Positions 1 to 12,309 of a stretch of 64,000 nucleotides of DNA are shown piece after piece; within the stretch, counting starts at the first letter, position 1; every line of letters begins with the position of its first letter. A program made the position numbers and the translations under genes. Under the pieces are notes generated by a model, which was given only the letters and a program-made list of their open reading frames with translations, searched no databases and had not been told where the DNA came from. The stretch comes from Squalus acanthias (Eukaryota): contig CM059438.1 of the NCBI GenBank assembly GCA_030390025.1, positions 62,064,001 to 62,128,000 on the forward strand. Direction: 5' to 3'.

Positions 1-457
1 AAGATTAGCGCCTGGCGCTAATTATCGCCTCCGACTGCAAACTTGGCTTTTATCGCCCCTGGAGGTGATTGGAGCGCTAAATCAGGCGCTACACATCTGT
101 CTTAAGGCACAAAGTCCGAGGAGCGAGGCGCTACCTCAGCGCTGGCGAAGCTCATGTGATGTCAGTCAGCAATAGAACAGAGACACAATGGCGCCGGCCA
201 GTTCTTAAAGGGGAGGGTTGATCTTGTTCTCTATCCACATCCTGCTCATTACAGCCTTGAATCTCGGCCTGGAGAGACCTGTACATCAAATCTGCTGGAA
301 AGAACAATGGAGAGAACCAGGGAAAGAGCTCAGAGTGCAGCCCCCACAGTCTCTTCTAAATAGATGCAAGGAAGGACAAATCAAAATGAACCTGCAAAGT
401 GCTGCTCAGTACCCAAAACTCCTTCACACAGCGTTGAATCTCTCCAGAAGTCAGTCT

Positions 458-489
<32 letters not shown>

Positions 490-848
490 CGAATGCGTGG
501 TGCAAAAATGTCACCAACAAAAAAAGGCAGGAAGCGTTCGCCTTTAAATAGCGCTCCCCCAGTCCCTTCCTGACTGCAAAACGCTCTCCTCAACCTGTCG
601 TTGCTAGTGGCAGGCGGTAAGGCAGGGGGCGCCACTCAATATCCGCTCCGGGGCGCTACTGGGGCGTTGCGCACTCGACTGATGTCACGATCTGCCGGCG
701 CAGGAGATCGTGGCGGTAGTGTTTAGCGCCGCCGCAAAATGTCTCGTTAATTTCACGAGCGGCGCAAACATCGCCGCGCCCGGGCGCTAGTTGCTTTGCG
801 CCCTCTTAAGACGTTAACGGGAGGCGCAAGCAACTGAATTTTTCCCCC
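1..848. mobile_element. GC/CpG-rich non-autonomous TIR element (Harbinger-like MITE), left end outside the window
   Basis: Many GGCGCTA/TAGCGCC subterminal motifs. It ends GAATTTTTCCCCC|TAA, similar to the termini of the MITEs at 12959, 27279 and 30140. Confidence 0.55.
455..489. repeat. (CT)n microsatellite
   Basis: Directly visible. Confidence 0.95.
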
Positions 849-974
849 TAAGAATTTCAATATCCAGGCAGCACAAGTGGCTGTGATCCGTGTAGTGTTC
901 AGTCACCTTGCCTCGTAAAGTACAGTAACCTTCAGTCCCATTGTGAGCCAGTTATTGATCCAGGCCAGATTTAA

Positions 975-1175
975 AAAAAAACTGCAAAATGCTGAAAATC
1001 TGCAGTAGAAAGCAGAATCTTCTGGAAATACACAGCGGGTCCCACCAACATCTCAGAAGGGAGAGACAGGTTAATATTTTAGTTCGAGACCATTCAGTGA
1101 ATCCCAGACTTCTGAGAAAGGGTCTGCACTTGAAGCAATTAACCTGTCTATTCTCTTTTTTTAAGATACTGATAT
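975..1175. mobile_element. Degenerate Penelope-type terminal fragments in inverted arrangement
   Basis: A minus-strand copy (AATGCTGAAAATCTG...GGAAATACACAGC...GGTTAATATT) followed by a plus-strand copy (CTGAGAAAGGGTC...TTAACCTGTCTATTCTC); similar to 44061 and 52845. Confidence 0.5.
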
Positions 1176-1514
1176 ATATTTTCCGTTTACCCACCTCTCC
1201 CTCTTTTTGAAGAGGTTAATTGACTGCACAGCCTGACTTGGCTCTGAGCCCATTCCATATTTAAATAAAAATTTATCTCCAGTCTTGGTTGAGGCTTTTT
1301 AATCTTGTTCTCTTGACATTCTGGGAGTCGGAAAGGTCAGTAAGCCTGACACGGCGAGGGAGCTGACTTGCACTCGATGCTGAAGCATATTTGGGTTAAT
1401 GATGGTATCGCCACTGATGTTAATTTAGCCCCTACACAGTCAACCTCAGGAACCTGTTCAGGTGAATACTGAGTGGTGCTGTCAGACCTCTAAATTTAAA
1501 TGCAAATGTACAAA

Positions 1515-2000
1515 TCAACAGAAGAAAACAAAAGGATGTTGATGCCTCGCAACGACAGACTTTAAAAAAAAATGGTGGAAATTTGAAATAAAAACAAAAT
1601 GGTAAAAATACTCAGCTGGTCTGTCATCGCGTGAAAGAGGAAAAAAACACGGGTTAATATTTAGGAAAATAGGAGCAGGAGGCATTCAAGCCCCTCGAGC
1701 CTGTTTCGCCATTTAATTAGATCATGGCTGATCAGTACCTCAACTCCACTTCCCTGCCGTAGTTCCATATCCCTTGATACCCTTGCCTAACAAAAATCTA
1801 TCAGTCTCAGTTTTGAGATTTTCGATTAACCCCCAGCCTCAACAGCTTTTTGGTGGAGAGTTTTCCAGATTTCCACTGCCCTCAGATAGGGACTCTTCAT
1901 AGAATGGACAGAGTGCCACCTGAAACGTTACCCCCCCGCCCTCTCACCTCTCAGATGCTGACTGACTACCGTGTATTTCCAGCAGCTGGCACTTTGTACT
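1515..2000. mobile_element. Penelope-type inverted fragments split by a CR1 3' tail
   Basis: Minus copy ~1515-1660 and plus copy ~1895-2000 (CCTGAAACGTTA...CAGATGCTGACTGAC...TATTTCCAGCA). Confidence 0.5.
1662..1885 (-). mobile_element. CR1 LINE 3' end fragment
   Basis: ATAGGAGCAGGAG...CCCCTCGAGCCTG...ATCATGGCTGATC, the same tail as at 42146. Confidence 0.85.
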
Positions 2001-2309
2001 TTTTGAGAGGGCTCTTGGTGGGCGAGACTGTAATGCAGATAAACCACTTAAAAGCTGCAAAAACCCACATTAGATTGTTTCATACTTGACTTTATCACCT
2101 GGATTTAATGTGAACTCTTTAAACTTGGTGCTTGTTGCACATACGATGTTTCGATTGGCTGCACATTATGGTTTCTGTGTTTTGGTTGTGCATCCTTGCT
2201 CCCTTTGCAGTTACTTCTGAAGGATAGCATTGTGGTTTTGACACCAGGGTTGCCAGCCTTTCGTTTACAACCTCAGTTTTATTGGCAAACCCCTCTCTTC
2301 AAAATCCAA

Positions 2310-2597
2310 ATCAAAGTCCAAAAATGTGCGGGTTAGGTTGATTTGGCTTTGATAAATTGACCCTTAGTGTTAGGGGGGGATTAAATATGTGGGGTTATGG
2401 GGATAGGATGGGATATGTTAGGGGGAATTAAATACGTGGGGTTACGGGGGTAGGGTGGGATATGTGTACTGTGGGGATTAAAGCAGGGACAGGGTACTGG
2501 ATTTGGATGATCAGCCATGATCGTATTGAATGGTGGAGCAGGCTCGACGGGCCGAATGGCCTACTCCTGCTCCTAGATTCTATGTTTCTATGTTTCC
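2310..2597 (+). mobile_element. HE1-like (V-SINE) 3' part joined to a CR1-type tail
   Basis: GTGCGGGTTAGGTTGATT...TAAATTGACCCTTAGTGT V-domain-like core, a short internal tandem repeat, then GGGCCGAATGGCCTACTCCTGCTCC...(TCTATGTT)n. Confidence 0.65.
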
Positions 2598-2834
2598 CTA
2601 ACGTTGGAATGAATCCAGGAAACGCGACGTTGCATCCACTATCGTTGGGCTTTGAGGCTGTTCTCGTGGATGTGGCCGTTTAAAGCGCCTACATTATTTC
2701 TACATTGTCTACCCCACAGGGCCCCGTTCCATCCTCTTCAGCATCCATCTTAACCGTTCCTCGGTGTGTACTACTCTAGCTCCAGATAGACCGCTCACCA
2801 TCCTGTAGTACTTGTCTTTAGTATACACATGACT

Positions 2835-2958
2835 ACAACAACTTGCATTTATGTAGTAAAACGTCCCAAGCCGCTTCACAGGAGCGTAATCCGCCAAAAA
2901 TTGACACTGAGCCAAAAAAGGAGATATCGGGATTGGTGACTAAAAGTGTGGTCAAATG
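2835..2958 (-). mobile_element. L2 LINE 3' tail
   Basis: ACAACAACTTGCATTTA...CCCAAG...GCTTCACAGG is the reverse complement of the L2 tail at 18.9 kb. Confidence 0.7.
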
Positions 2959-3414
2959 ACTATCTACTTTCTTGAGCAAAGAACCCTGAACAATCACAGT
3001 GTCTCTCTGATCTGCAAACTGTTTTTGACCAAGCTGTCCTCTCTGGTATTTTAGCTGCATTTTCATTCCAGACTTTGTTTCTCTTCTGCAGTGTTGCACA
3101 GTACCTGGAATCCGTTCATTATTGTAATCTCATGGGTAGCTTCGCAAGCTTTCTTACCTCCCCTGCTTCTTTTCCCAACCTTAATCCATTCAGAATCTCC
3201 ATTTCTTTGCTACTTTCTATCTCCTTTGACATTCAACCAGGAACAAAGAAAATCGAATATGTATGCATCACACTTCATCAGGTTGTCAAACACGCACAGG
3301 ATTTGAAACACTGGATACTTGCTGACCACTTGCACCCTTTGAAGTTAAGACTGGGATGTAGGAAAACAAAAGGTGACAACCCAATGATCCTGCCCAGTTC
3401 AATAGGCTGTGAAT

Positions 3415-4310
3415 TATTTTAAGTTCATTTATGGGATGTGGGTGTCGCTGGCAAGGCCAGCATTTATTGCCCATCCCTAGTTGCCCTTGAGAAGGTGGTG
3501 TCATAGAGTTATACAGCACAGAAAGAGGCCCTTCGACCCATCGTGTCTGCGCCGGCCATCAAGCCCTATCTATTCTAAAATGGTGGTGAGCCGCCTTCTT
3601 GAACCACTGCAGTCCGTGTGGTGAAGGTGCTCCCACAGTGCTGTTCGGGAGGGAGTTCGAGGATTTTGACCCAGTGACGATGAAGGAACGGCGATATACT
3701 TCCAAGTCAGGATGGTGTGTGACTTGGAGGGGAACTTGGAGGTGGTGGTGTTCCCATGCACCTGCTGCCGTTGTCCTTCTAGGTGGAAGAGGTCGCGGGT
3801 TTGGGAGGTGTTGCTGAAGAAGCCTTGGCGAGTTGTTGCAGTGCATCTTGTAGATGGTACACACTGCAGCCACGGTGTGCCGGTGGTGGAGGGAGTGAAT
3901 GTTTAAGGTGGTGGATGGGGTGCCAATCAAACGGCACTCATCCAAGCAAGTGGAGAGTATTCCATCACACTCCTTACTTGTGCCTTGTAGATGGTGGAAA
4001 GGCTTTGGGAAGTCAGGTGAGACACTCGCTGCAGAATACCTAGCCTCTGACCTGCTCTTGTTGCCACAGTATTTATGTCCACAGTATTTATGTGGCTGGT
4101 CCAGTTAAGTTTCTGGTCAATGGTGACCCCCCAGGATGTTGATGGTGGGGGGTTCGGCGATGGTAATGCCGTTGAATGTCAAAGGGCGGTGGTTAGACTC
4201 TCGCTTGTTGGAGATAGTCATTGCCTGGCACTTGTGTGGCGTGAATGTTACCTGCCACTTATCAGCCCAAGCCTGAACGTCGTCCAGCTCTTGTTGCATG
4301 CGGGTATGGA
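3415..4310 (-). mobile_element. 3' part of a second CR1-group LINE ('family B'), with a nested CR1 tail at ~3501-3580
   Basis: ORF pieces QAWADKWQVTF..HKCQAMTISNKR and LNIHSLHHR...; 3'UTR GGGATGTGGG..GCTGGCAAGGCCAGCATTTATTGCCC. The nested tail is flanked by duplicated GGTGGTG. Confidence 0.85.
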
Positions 4311-4321
4311 CTGCTTATGTG

Positions 4322-5143
4322 TGCACCTAACAGGAATGATTTCCAAAAGCGCCTGTTGAAAAACCCAAAATGGGCCGCAGTCCCCAAATGGCTGCTACAC
4401 ACAAATCCATCTATTGTCAAGTTGTAAAACCCCTTTGGGCTCAGTGGACCCGCCACAGAACAAAGCAAGTAAACGATGCCCTCCTGGCTCACAACCAACA
4501 CTTCGTCCCTGCAAATCTCCTGATGCTGCAGTGTATTCTGCAATAAGGTGATAATATTAAAATAAGTAGATTTTTTTTGTGCTTGAAATTGCCCATTTGT
4601 CACCGTTATAAATATTTTCAGCCATTGCATTTAAGAGAAAAGTTATATTTTATGTTGAAATGACCCTGATGAATAAAAGCTCTAATTATAATGTTCTTAC
4701 TGATTTTGAGAATCACTAAGTTTGCAGAGTCAGCAATCATGGAGGAGGAAGTAAGTGCTGTGGGTGTTAACTACTTCCTCCTTAGGATGTATGAATTTAA
4801 AGACCTCCATCTTTCTCCCAGACCTCTGGTCACTCACCCGCGTCAACCCCGAGGAGCCTCATGGAAAGTGCTTCACTTCCTACATGCCTTAAGTGTGATT
4901 TGAGAAATAGCTTTCTACCACTGCTTCACTGTCTCTGCTGCATTAGCCTCATAGCTTAACTGACCAATGTAGGCACCTAACAGGAAATATTTCTAAAATT
5001 ACTAATTAATAACCCAAAATGGGTCGCTCGCAGCCCTCCCCCAATAACTGCTAGATACGAATCCATTTATCGTCCAGTTATAAAACTCCTGTGGGCTCAC
5101 TGTACTCACCACAAGAACAAATCAAGTGGGTACACAATGCCTT
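4322..5143 (+). repeat. Diverged ~180-bp direct repeat pair (about 4322-4500 and 4972-5143)
   Basis: Shared blocks GCACCTAACAGGAA, AACCCAAAATGGG, AATCCAT.TAT, AGTT.TAAAAC, TGGGCTCA, AGAACAAA.CAAGT. Confidence 0.8.
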
Positions 5144-5499
5144 GAAGTAGAGAGATGGTACCTGTATGTAAGTGCTTAGTGGACACAGCGACACTTCATA
5201 TAACACTGCCAGTCAGAACAGTACCTTTCAAGCCATTCCCATCAGGCATTACAAGTGGCACCGCTATTTTGTTCCAGACCGGTTTATGATCAGCACTGAA
5301 AAATAAATGTGTCTCACTTGACACTGAACACAAATTGTGAACGCAGCAGTTCCGACAAGGGAAATGGTCCCTGTTCTGCGTCAGCAATTTTTAATGTTTC
5401 TTTTGGCTACTAGGCATATTTATTTTGTTTATAATTAATGGCAATGGACTTGGAAGCGCACAGTTTATCCTTGACAGTGTGAAAAGGCACTGTTCAATT

Positions 5500-5742
5500 C
5501 GAGAATAACGGAAGCAAGTTGCAGAGTGAAATCTAGTCCAGAGGTTCAGATGATTTATATGTAGAATAACCGATAACCAGGAATGAGTTATAAGATGGAA
5601 TCTAATCGAGGAGTAAAGGTGGTTTATATATAGAATAATGGATGTTCGGGAGTGAGTTGGAATCTAATCGAGGGGTTGCAGTGGTTTATATGCAGAATGA
5701 CTATATACTTGGGAGTGAGTTTGAAGCTGGAATCTAATCGAG
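5500..5742 (+). repeat. ~68-bp minisatellite, left part
   Basis: Units of GGGAGTGAGTT...TGGAATCTAATCGAGGGGTT...TGGTTTATAT..AGAAT. Confidence 0.85.
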
Positions 5743-8700
5743 GTTTTTTTTACATATGATTACATAGGCTATACAGCACAGAAACAGGCCATTCGGCCCA
5801 ACCAGTCCATGCCGGCGTTTATGCTCCACTCGAGCCTCCTCCTGTCTTTCCTCATCTAACTCGATCAGCATAACCCTCTATTCCCTTCTCCCTCATATGC
5901 TTATCTAACTGCCCCTTAAATGCATCTATACTATTCGCTTCAACCACTTCCTGTGGTAGCAAGTTCCACATTCTCACCACTCTCTGGGTAAAGAAGTTTC
6001 TTCTAAATTTCCTATTTCTTGGTGACGATCTTATATTGATGGCCTCTGCTTTTGCTCTTCTCCACAAGTGGAAACACACTCTCTGTATTTATTCTATCAA
6101 AACCTTTCATGATTTTAAAGACCTCTATTAGGTTACCCCTCAGCCTTCTCTTTTCAAGGTATACCCTTGCATTTCTGGTATCATCCTTGTAAATCTTCTC
6201 TGCACCCTCTCCAGTGCCTCTATATCCTTTTTATAATATGGCGACCAGAACTGTACGCAGTACTCCAAGTGTGGTCTAACCAAGGTTCGATACAAGTTTA
6301 GCATAACTTCACTACTTTTCAATTCTATACCTCTAGAAATAAACCCTAGTGCTTGGTTTGCTTTTTTTATGGCCTTGCTAACCTGTGTCGCAACTTTTAG
6401 TGATTTGTGTATTTGTACTCCGAGATCCCTTTGCTCCTCTACCCCATTTAGATTCTTATTTTCCAAGTAATATGTGACCTCCCTATTTTTCTTACCAAAA
6501 TGTAATATCTCACATTTATCTGTGTTGAATTTCATTTGCCAATTAATTATGTGCCCATTTTGCAAGTTTATTAATGTCGTCTTGTAATTTGTTGCAGTCC
6601 TCCTCAGTATTGACTATCCCCCCCAATTTGGTGTCGTCTGCAAATTTAGAAATTGCGTTTTTGATTCCAAGGTCTAAATCGTTAATATAAACTGTGAACA
6701 ACAGTGGTCCCAGCACTGATCCTTGTGGAACACTACTTCCCACCTTCTGCCACTGTGAATAGCTACCCTTTACCCCTACTCTCTGCTATCTGTCTTGAAG
6801 CCAGCTAGCTATCCATTCTGCTACTTGTCCCCTGACTCCGCATTCTCTGACCTTGTTCATTAGTCTATTATAGGGGTACCTTATCGAAGGCCTTTTGAAA
6901 ATCTAGATAAATTACATCATCTGCATTACCCTTGTCTACTCTCTTACCTCTTCAGAAAATTCAATTAGGTTAGTCAAGGAAGATTTCCCTTTTGAAATCC
7001 ATGCTGACTATTTATTATTATGATGTTTGGTTTTGAGATGTTCTTCCATTTTCTCCTTTAGTAGGGATTCTATTATTTTTCCTACCACCGAAGTTAAGCT
7101 GACTGGTCTATAGTTCCCTGGACATGTAATACCTATATTTAAGAAGGGTAATAGAACGTTAGCTACCCGCCAGTCCTCTGGCACTGCACCTTTTTCCAAT
7201 GAATTACTAAATACGTGTAGTAATACCTCTGTTATCTCTTCCCGAGATTCTTTTAAAATGCGTGGATGTAATCTGTCCGGACCAGGAGTTTTATCCTCTG
7301 AGTTTCATTAGTTTATTAAATATATCTCCTCGTTTTATTTTAATTGCAGTTATCTCATTACTAATCTCGTCATCTGATGTCATCGCCACCTGTTCTATCT
7401 CCCTGGTAAATACTGAAGCAAAGTAATTATTTAATATCGCTGCCATCTCTCTATCGCTGCTTGTGGTATTATCCTGTCCATCTCTTAGTGGCCCTATTCC
7501 CATCCCGACCGACCTTTGTTTTATTGACGTGCCTGTAAAATATTTTACTATTTTGTTTTATGTTCCTTGATAATTTAATTTCATAGTTCCTCTTTGCCTT
7601 CCTAATTGGTTTTTTGGCTTCTCTCCTAATCTCTTCATATTCTCCCTTATCATGCTCTCCCCTGTTGTCCATGTACTTAGTGTATGCCTCTTTCCATACC
7701 CTCAATTTTTCCCTTATGGCTTTATTTATCCACGGTGTCTCATTACTGTTTAGCTTGTTCATGTTTTTTAGCAGAATATATTTTTCTTGGACTCTGTTGA
7801 ACACCATTTTAAATGTTTCCCACTGCTGTTCTACGTCACTGTTTGCCAATATTGTTGTCCATTTTATTTTCCCAAGTTCTATTCTCAGCCCCTCAAAATC
7901 AGCTTTTCTCCAATCTATTACCCTGGTCTTTGTCATGCTTGATGGTACTAGTAGAGTGAGGGATATGACGGGCCATGAGGTTACAGATTGTGGTGGAATA
8001 CAATTCTGCTGCTGCTGATGGCCCACAGCGCCTCATGGATGACCAGTTTTGAGCTGCTGATCTGTTCTGAATCTATCCCATTTAGCACGGTGGTAGTGCC
8101 ACACAACACGATGGAGGGTGTTCAGTGTGAAGACAGGATTTGGTCTCCACAACGACTGCGGTGGTCACTGCTACCAATGCTGTCATGGACAGATGCATCT
8201 GCGACAGGTAGATTGGTGAGGACGAGGTCAAGTAGGTTTTTCCCCTCATGTTGGTTCTCTCACCACCTGTCACAGGCCCAGACTGGCAGCTATGTCCTTC
8301 AGGACTCGGCCAGCTCGGTCAGTAGTGGTGCTACTGAGCCACTCTTGGTGATGGACATTGAAGTCCCCCACCCAGAGTACATTCTGTGCCCTTGCTACTC
8401 TCCGTGCTTCTTCCAAGTGGTTTGCATATTTCTTCCTCCACCTCCCTTCCACTATTAGGTGGTCTGTAGACTAGTCCTATTAGTGTGATTGAACCTTTAT
8501 TATCTTTCATCTCTATCCACATGGATTCTATTTCTGTTTTGCTGATAGCTGCGTCACTTTTTTCTACTGCCATTATGTTATCCCTAATAAGTACAGCTGC
8601 TCCACCTCCCCTTTTCCCCTCTCTATCTTTTCTAAATATGTTATACCTTGCAAAGTTTAATTCCCAGTCTTGATTTTTCTGTAGCCATGTCTCAGTAATC

Positions 8701-8990
8701 CCTATTATGTCTGGTTTCTTGCAACGCATGATTGCCTCCAGCTCCCCTGTTTTATTACGGGCACTGTGTGCATTGTTGTACAGACAGATTAACTCATTTT
8801 TAATAGCAGTTCCTTTCACTTTATTTTTAACCATCTTTTTAAACTCCCATTCTATAACTCTATTTATTCCCTGGCCATCAATGTCCTCCCTTACTTTACT
8901 CTTTCCTATGCTCTCCTTTCCTGTTTTGTTTATATTTAGGCTGGTTTCATTTCCTGTAGATCCCTCCCCCCGTCTTAGTAGTTTAAAGCC
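5743..8990 (-). mobile_element. CR1 LINE, decayed ORF2 (APE endonuclease + RT) plus 3'UTR, inserted in the minisatellite
   Basis: ORF fragments [35 protein letters not shown]...FADDTKL, VRPHLEYCVQFWSP; CR1 3' tail at ~5757. Confidence 0.95.
7937..8420 (-). mobile_element. Endonuclease-domain segment of a different LINE embedded in the CR1
   Basis: LEEARRVARAQNVLWVGDFNVHHQEWL...; distinct sequence and composition from the host CR1. Assignment to family B is inference. Confidence 0.8.
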
Positions 8991-9113
8991 TTTGCAATGG
9001 TTCATATGCAGAATGACTATACTTGGGAGTGAGTTAGAGGCTGGAATCTAATCGAGGGGTTGCAATGGTTCATATACAGAATGACTATACTTGGGAGTGA
9101 GTTAGAGGCTGGT
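8991..9113 (+). repeat. ~68-bp minisatellite, right part (continuation after a CR1 insertion)
   Basis: Same unit; resumes in register at TTGCAATGG after ATCGAGG at 5742. Confidence 0.85.
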
Positions 9114-10719
9114 TCAGGTGATTTAAGTGGCACCTGAATTATGAGATGGGAAAACCATGCCCTAGCCCAGTCTTGCATGAGGAGACTCTGGGTCCGATTT
9201 ATTCTGTGGTCAGTCATTTCTTGTGGGCGGTAAGTGTCACTGCAGTAAATGGCCAGAATGTACCATTCACCAGTGTTCTCATGTCCTGGGTGAAAGATGA
9301 TCACATTAGTGCAAGTTTGTCACTTGGAAAAATCAGCAGTTGATTGCCCAGGACTAAGTCTAATTAATAAGCTAAGGCGATCGATATGTGATGTGTGTGT
9401 ACATATTAACATACTCTACACCTGGTATATATTTGTTAGTGCTGAGCTCTGTTCTTGTGAATTCTCTTAACCGTGGTTGTTAAAACAGGTGTGCTGCAGT
9501 ACCTGTCAGGTTTGTGGCTAAAAGAAGTGTGTGTCAAATGTACATGTGGTTGTGTTTTTTTTGTAAATTTTACTGGCAGATCACCTGCACTGTTGCTCAC
9601 AGTGAATCAGAAGATACTCTGGTTAATAGCAACAGGGGTGTTGTGCCATGTATGATAGAACATCAGAGCCACTGAATTACACTGACTGAATAAGTCAAAT
9701 TCAGGTTTTATTACATGGTATTCTGGCATCTTTACAGGTGGTTTAGGGATTGAATTCCGTGGCCATCCCTTATTTTGTGAAAAGTATAAATGAGTGGCCT
9801 TTATTTTAAATTCCTATTTAATATTTGTCCCTGACCATTTTTAAAGCTGAGGATACACAACATAGTATGCAAGATGTACCAGTACCGGGGAGGGATGATG
9901 AGGTTTAGCTGCGTTATATAAATCCAAGTTGTTGTTGTTGACTCTATCCCAGCACTTATAGTGGTGTATATGGATAGTCTAATCCACTGCTACCAAGTGT
10001 GTTTACCTGTGGTAATTGGTTCCTTCTGTCACCCCAAAAGCTATGAGGAGTGGGGAAGGGGGACTGGGAGAGGAGGGCTGAAAACTAATGTTAATTTAAC
10101 GTATGAGAATTCAGGCATGTTGAGCTGGGGCAGGAGGGCATTCTAGGTCTTGGTCCTTTGCGCTTGTTGAATGGAGTAAGGGAACGGACTTGTACTGTAC
10201 TACTTTTGGTTTTCTTTAGGGTATTTTTATTTTGCTTCTATTGATAAATTTGTCCACGTTGTCAACCTATTTCTAATTTAAATCTTTAGTTTGGAAGCTC
10301 TTGGGTGTCGCTTGCCTGTGATGGTCATGTTGCATCTGTAGTGTCTGGTGTGGTCTAGGTACATTACGTCTTCTGGTAGTTGTGGTTGTTCTGGTCCAGT
10401 GGTGTAGAAGTTGGTTTCTGTATGTAACCCATTGTGAGTGTTGTGCCTTGGTTTGTTGGGTTTCAGTGCTATCTGTGACTTGGTTGGATTATGTTGTTCC
10501 TCAGAAGTACTTGTGTTTTACTCCATGTCCAGAAACACTTATTTTCATTTCTTGTAGCACAGTCAGTGATAATGGTGGAAGTCAGTCACTCGAATCCCTG
10601 TTAAGGTGGGTGTCTAATCCAGTTTAACAATGATGATATTACTTTGTATGAATACGATTGCAATAATTCATCAATTTAAAGTGGCTTTTAAAATTTTTTG
10701 TAAATTCTGTGCCCATGAA

Positions 10720-11055
10720 GGATGAATACTCTTTCCACTTTTGGTACCCAGTGTTAGTATTGAGCACTATCCAGTTCAGGTATACTATAGCTAGTTCCAC
10801 CCTACAAAGCACCTTACTACCAACTGCAGATCAACGCCCCCTACTACACTAGTTTGAACATTTCTACTTCCCACACCAGCTATCATTGTTGCCACTCTGA
10901 GGTTGTTAATTAGGGCGATCCTGCCTACTAGGGAATAGGTGAGAAGGCCCCAACCTCATTTCACAAAGGATGAGGTTGATGCTATCCGTCTGTGCTGGAT
11001 TTGAAACTAGGCGCCAGAGGTGCAGGGGCAGCATTACTGCCAACTAGTCACCTCA
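10720..11055 (-). mobile_element. Ancient tRNA-derived SINE (LF-SINE-like head), highly diverged
   Basis: Minus-strand head CCCTGCACCTCTGG..CCTAGTTTCAAATCCAGC (B-box-like); related to 52255 and 28930. Confidence 0.45.
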
Positions 11056-11209
11056 GGAATCATGTTTATTGGTTTATTTGGTTATGTCTGTTGTGTGGTA
11101 ATGGCTGAAAGGTTCTGGAGTTGGCTTTGGGAAGTGAAATGAGCTGATTAACTTGGTTAGATTTTTTTTAAGATCTAGTTCTAATAGAATGTTTCATTCC
11201 TTATTTCAG

Positions 11210-11281
11210 ACTCCAAGAATGTCACGGGGGATAGTTCTACCAAGAGATGTCGCTCAGCTTCTGCACCTTTGGATATCCCAG
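11210..11281 (+). CDS. PNPLA7: PNPLA7 coding exon (linker; (D)SKNVTGDSSTKRCRSASAPLDIP(G))
   Basis: ttatttcag|AC...CCAG|gtcggt; 72 nt, phase 1-1. The final G plus GA of the next exon makes Gly. The peptide resembles the SRCxSxPxDI linker of the NTE family. Confidence 0.7.
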
Positions 11282-11489
11282 GTCGGTGACCAGTGTATAC
11301 AGCATGATGTACAAAGAAACAGGCAGCACTGTAGAATACCTTCCTTTCTCGTACCTGCAGTGTGGGGCTGTCTCGTATGTAGTTAGGGACATGAACCTGG
11401 CAGTGACCTTTCACCTTTGTCAGGACACCGCTATCATGCAAGTGCATCTCCTTCAAAATGGTTTGAAAATAATTAAGCTGTCCGATGAC

Positions 11490-11675
11490 TAAGTGGGCGG
11501 ATGCGACACTTGGTGTAGCACTGAGCCGCACCAACCAGGAAGGTCTCACATTTCATTCCTGGGTGTGGCTGAGTTAGGTGATCTCAGTTGGACAGTGGTG
11601 GGAGTGCTTCAGTTGGCATCAGGAGGGTAAACATTGGCCCGGTTTCCTCTCCTGACTGCTATCCAGTGACCCTAG
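11490..11675 (+). mobile_element. Ancient tRNA-derived SINE ('family C', AmnSINE2-like), 5' half
   Basis: GGTGTAGCACTGAGCC...CCAGGAAGGTC...GCTGAGTTAG.TGATCTCAG...CTATCCAGTGACCC; homologous to 36755 and 53495. Confidence 0.6.
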
Positions 11676-12309
11676 AGAGATAGAGATCAAACAATTCAGT
11701 TAATTCACGGGAATGCTGATGTGTTGGTCTTGGAAGTGTCGAAGGCATGCCATTGCCAGAATGTTAAAACCGTGCCACAGGGAAAGCATCATGTCACCAG
11801 GCACGAGTGTGGTGCAAAAGGTCTACTCTACCTGTGGGGTGATCTGCCAAATCCTCTCTTCCTGTATGTACCACTGGAGCCTCTCTGCACACTCAGGCAG
11901 GTCAGAACCTACTCCTGAGTAATGTTTAGCTCAGGTGCAAAAATGCTCATGCAGTCCTCCGAGGATCAAAACACATTGTCCTATAGTTATGGCAGGTGCA
12001 GCCAAGGCATAACATCACAGCAGCTTAAATTACCTGGATCTTTTGAAATGAGATGTGTGTAGAGTGTCTTTCTTCCAGTTATTTTCTTGGTTCCCTGAAG
12101 ACGCAGATGCCATACACCGACTGCCAGAATAGACAAAGTGTCAGACAGCTTCATTTTAGTAACTAATGTTGCAGCACACTTGATATCTTTAGCAGGCTGG
12201 TTAGTCACTGTTCATATTCAACCCTCAAAACCCAGAGGGACGCGTGCACGTCTGTGATTCACTGCTCATCCTCTGCTATATTGTGTAATATTACTCCTTC
12301 CAATGCTCA

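Noticed and set aside
2211..2250. Strong-looking acceptor ccctttgcag
   Set aside because: No good donor, stops in two frames and no homology.
4660..4715. C/D-box-like TGATGA...CTGA
   Set aside because: Too short and no terminal stem.
4728..4750. Possible micro-exon (tttgcag...GAA|gtaagt)
   Set aside because: 23 nt, weak pyrimidine tract and no recognisable PNPLA7 peptide.
5500..9113. CRISPR-like or bacterial repeat interpretation of the tandem units
   Set aside because: No unique spacers; eukaryotic minisatellite.
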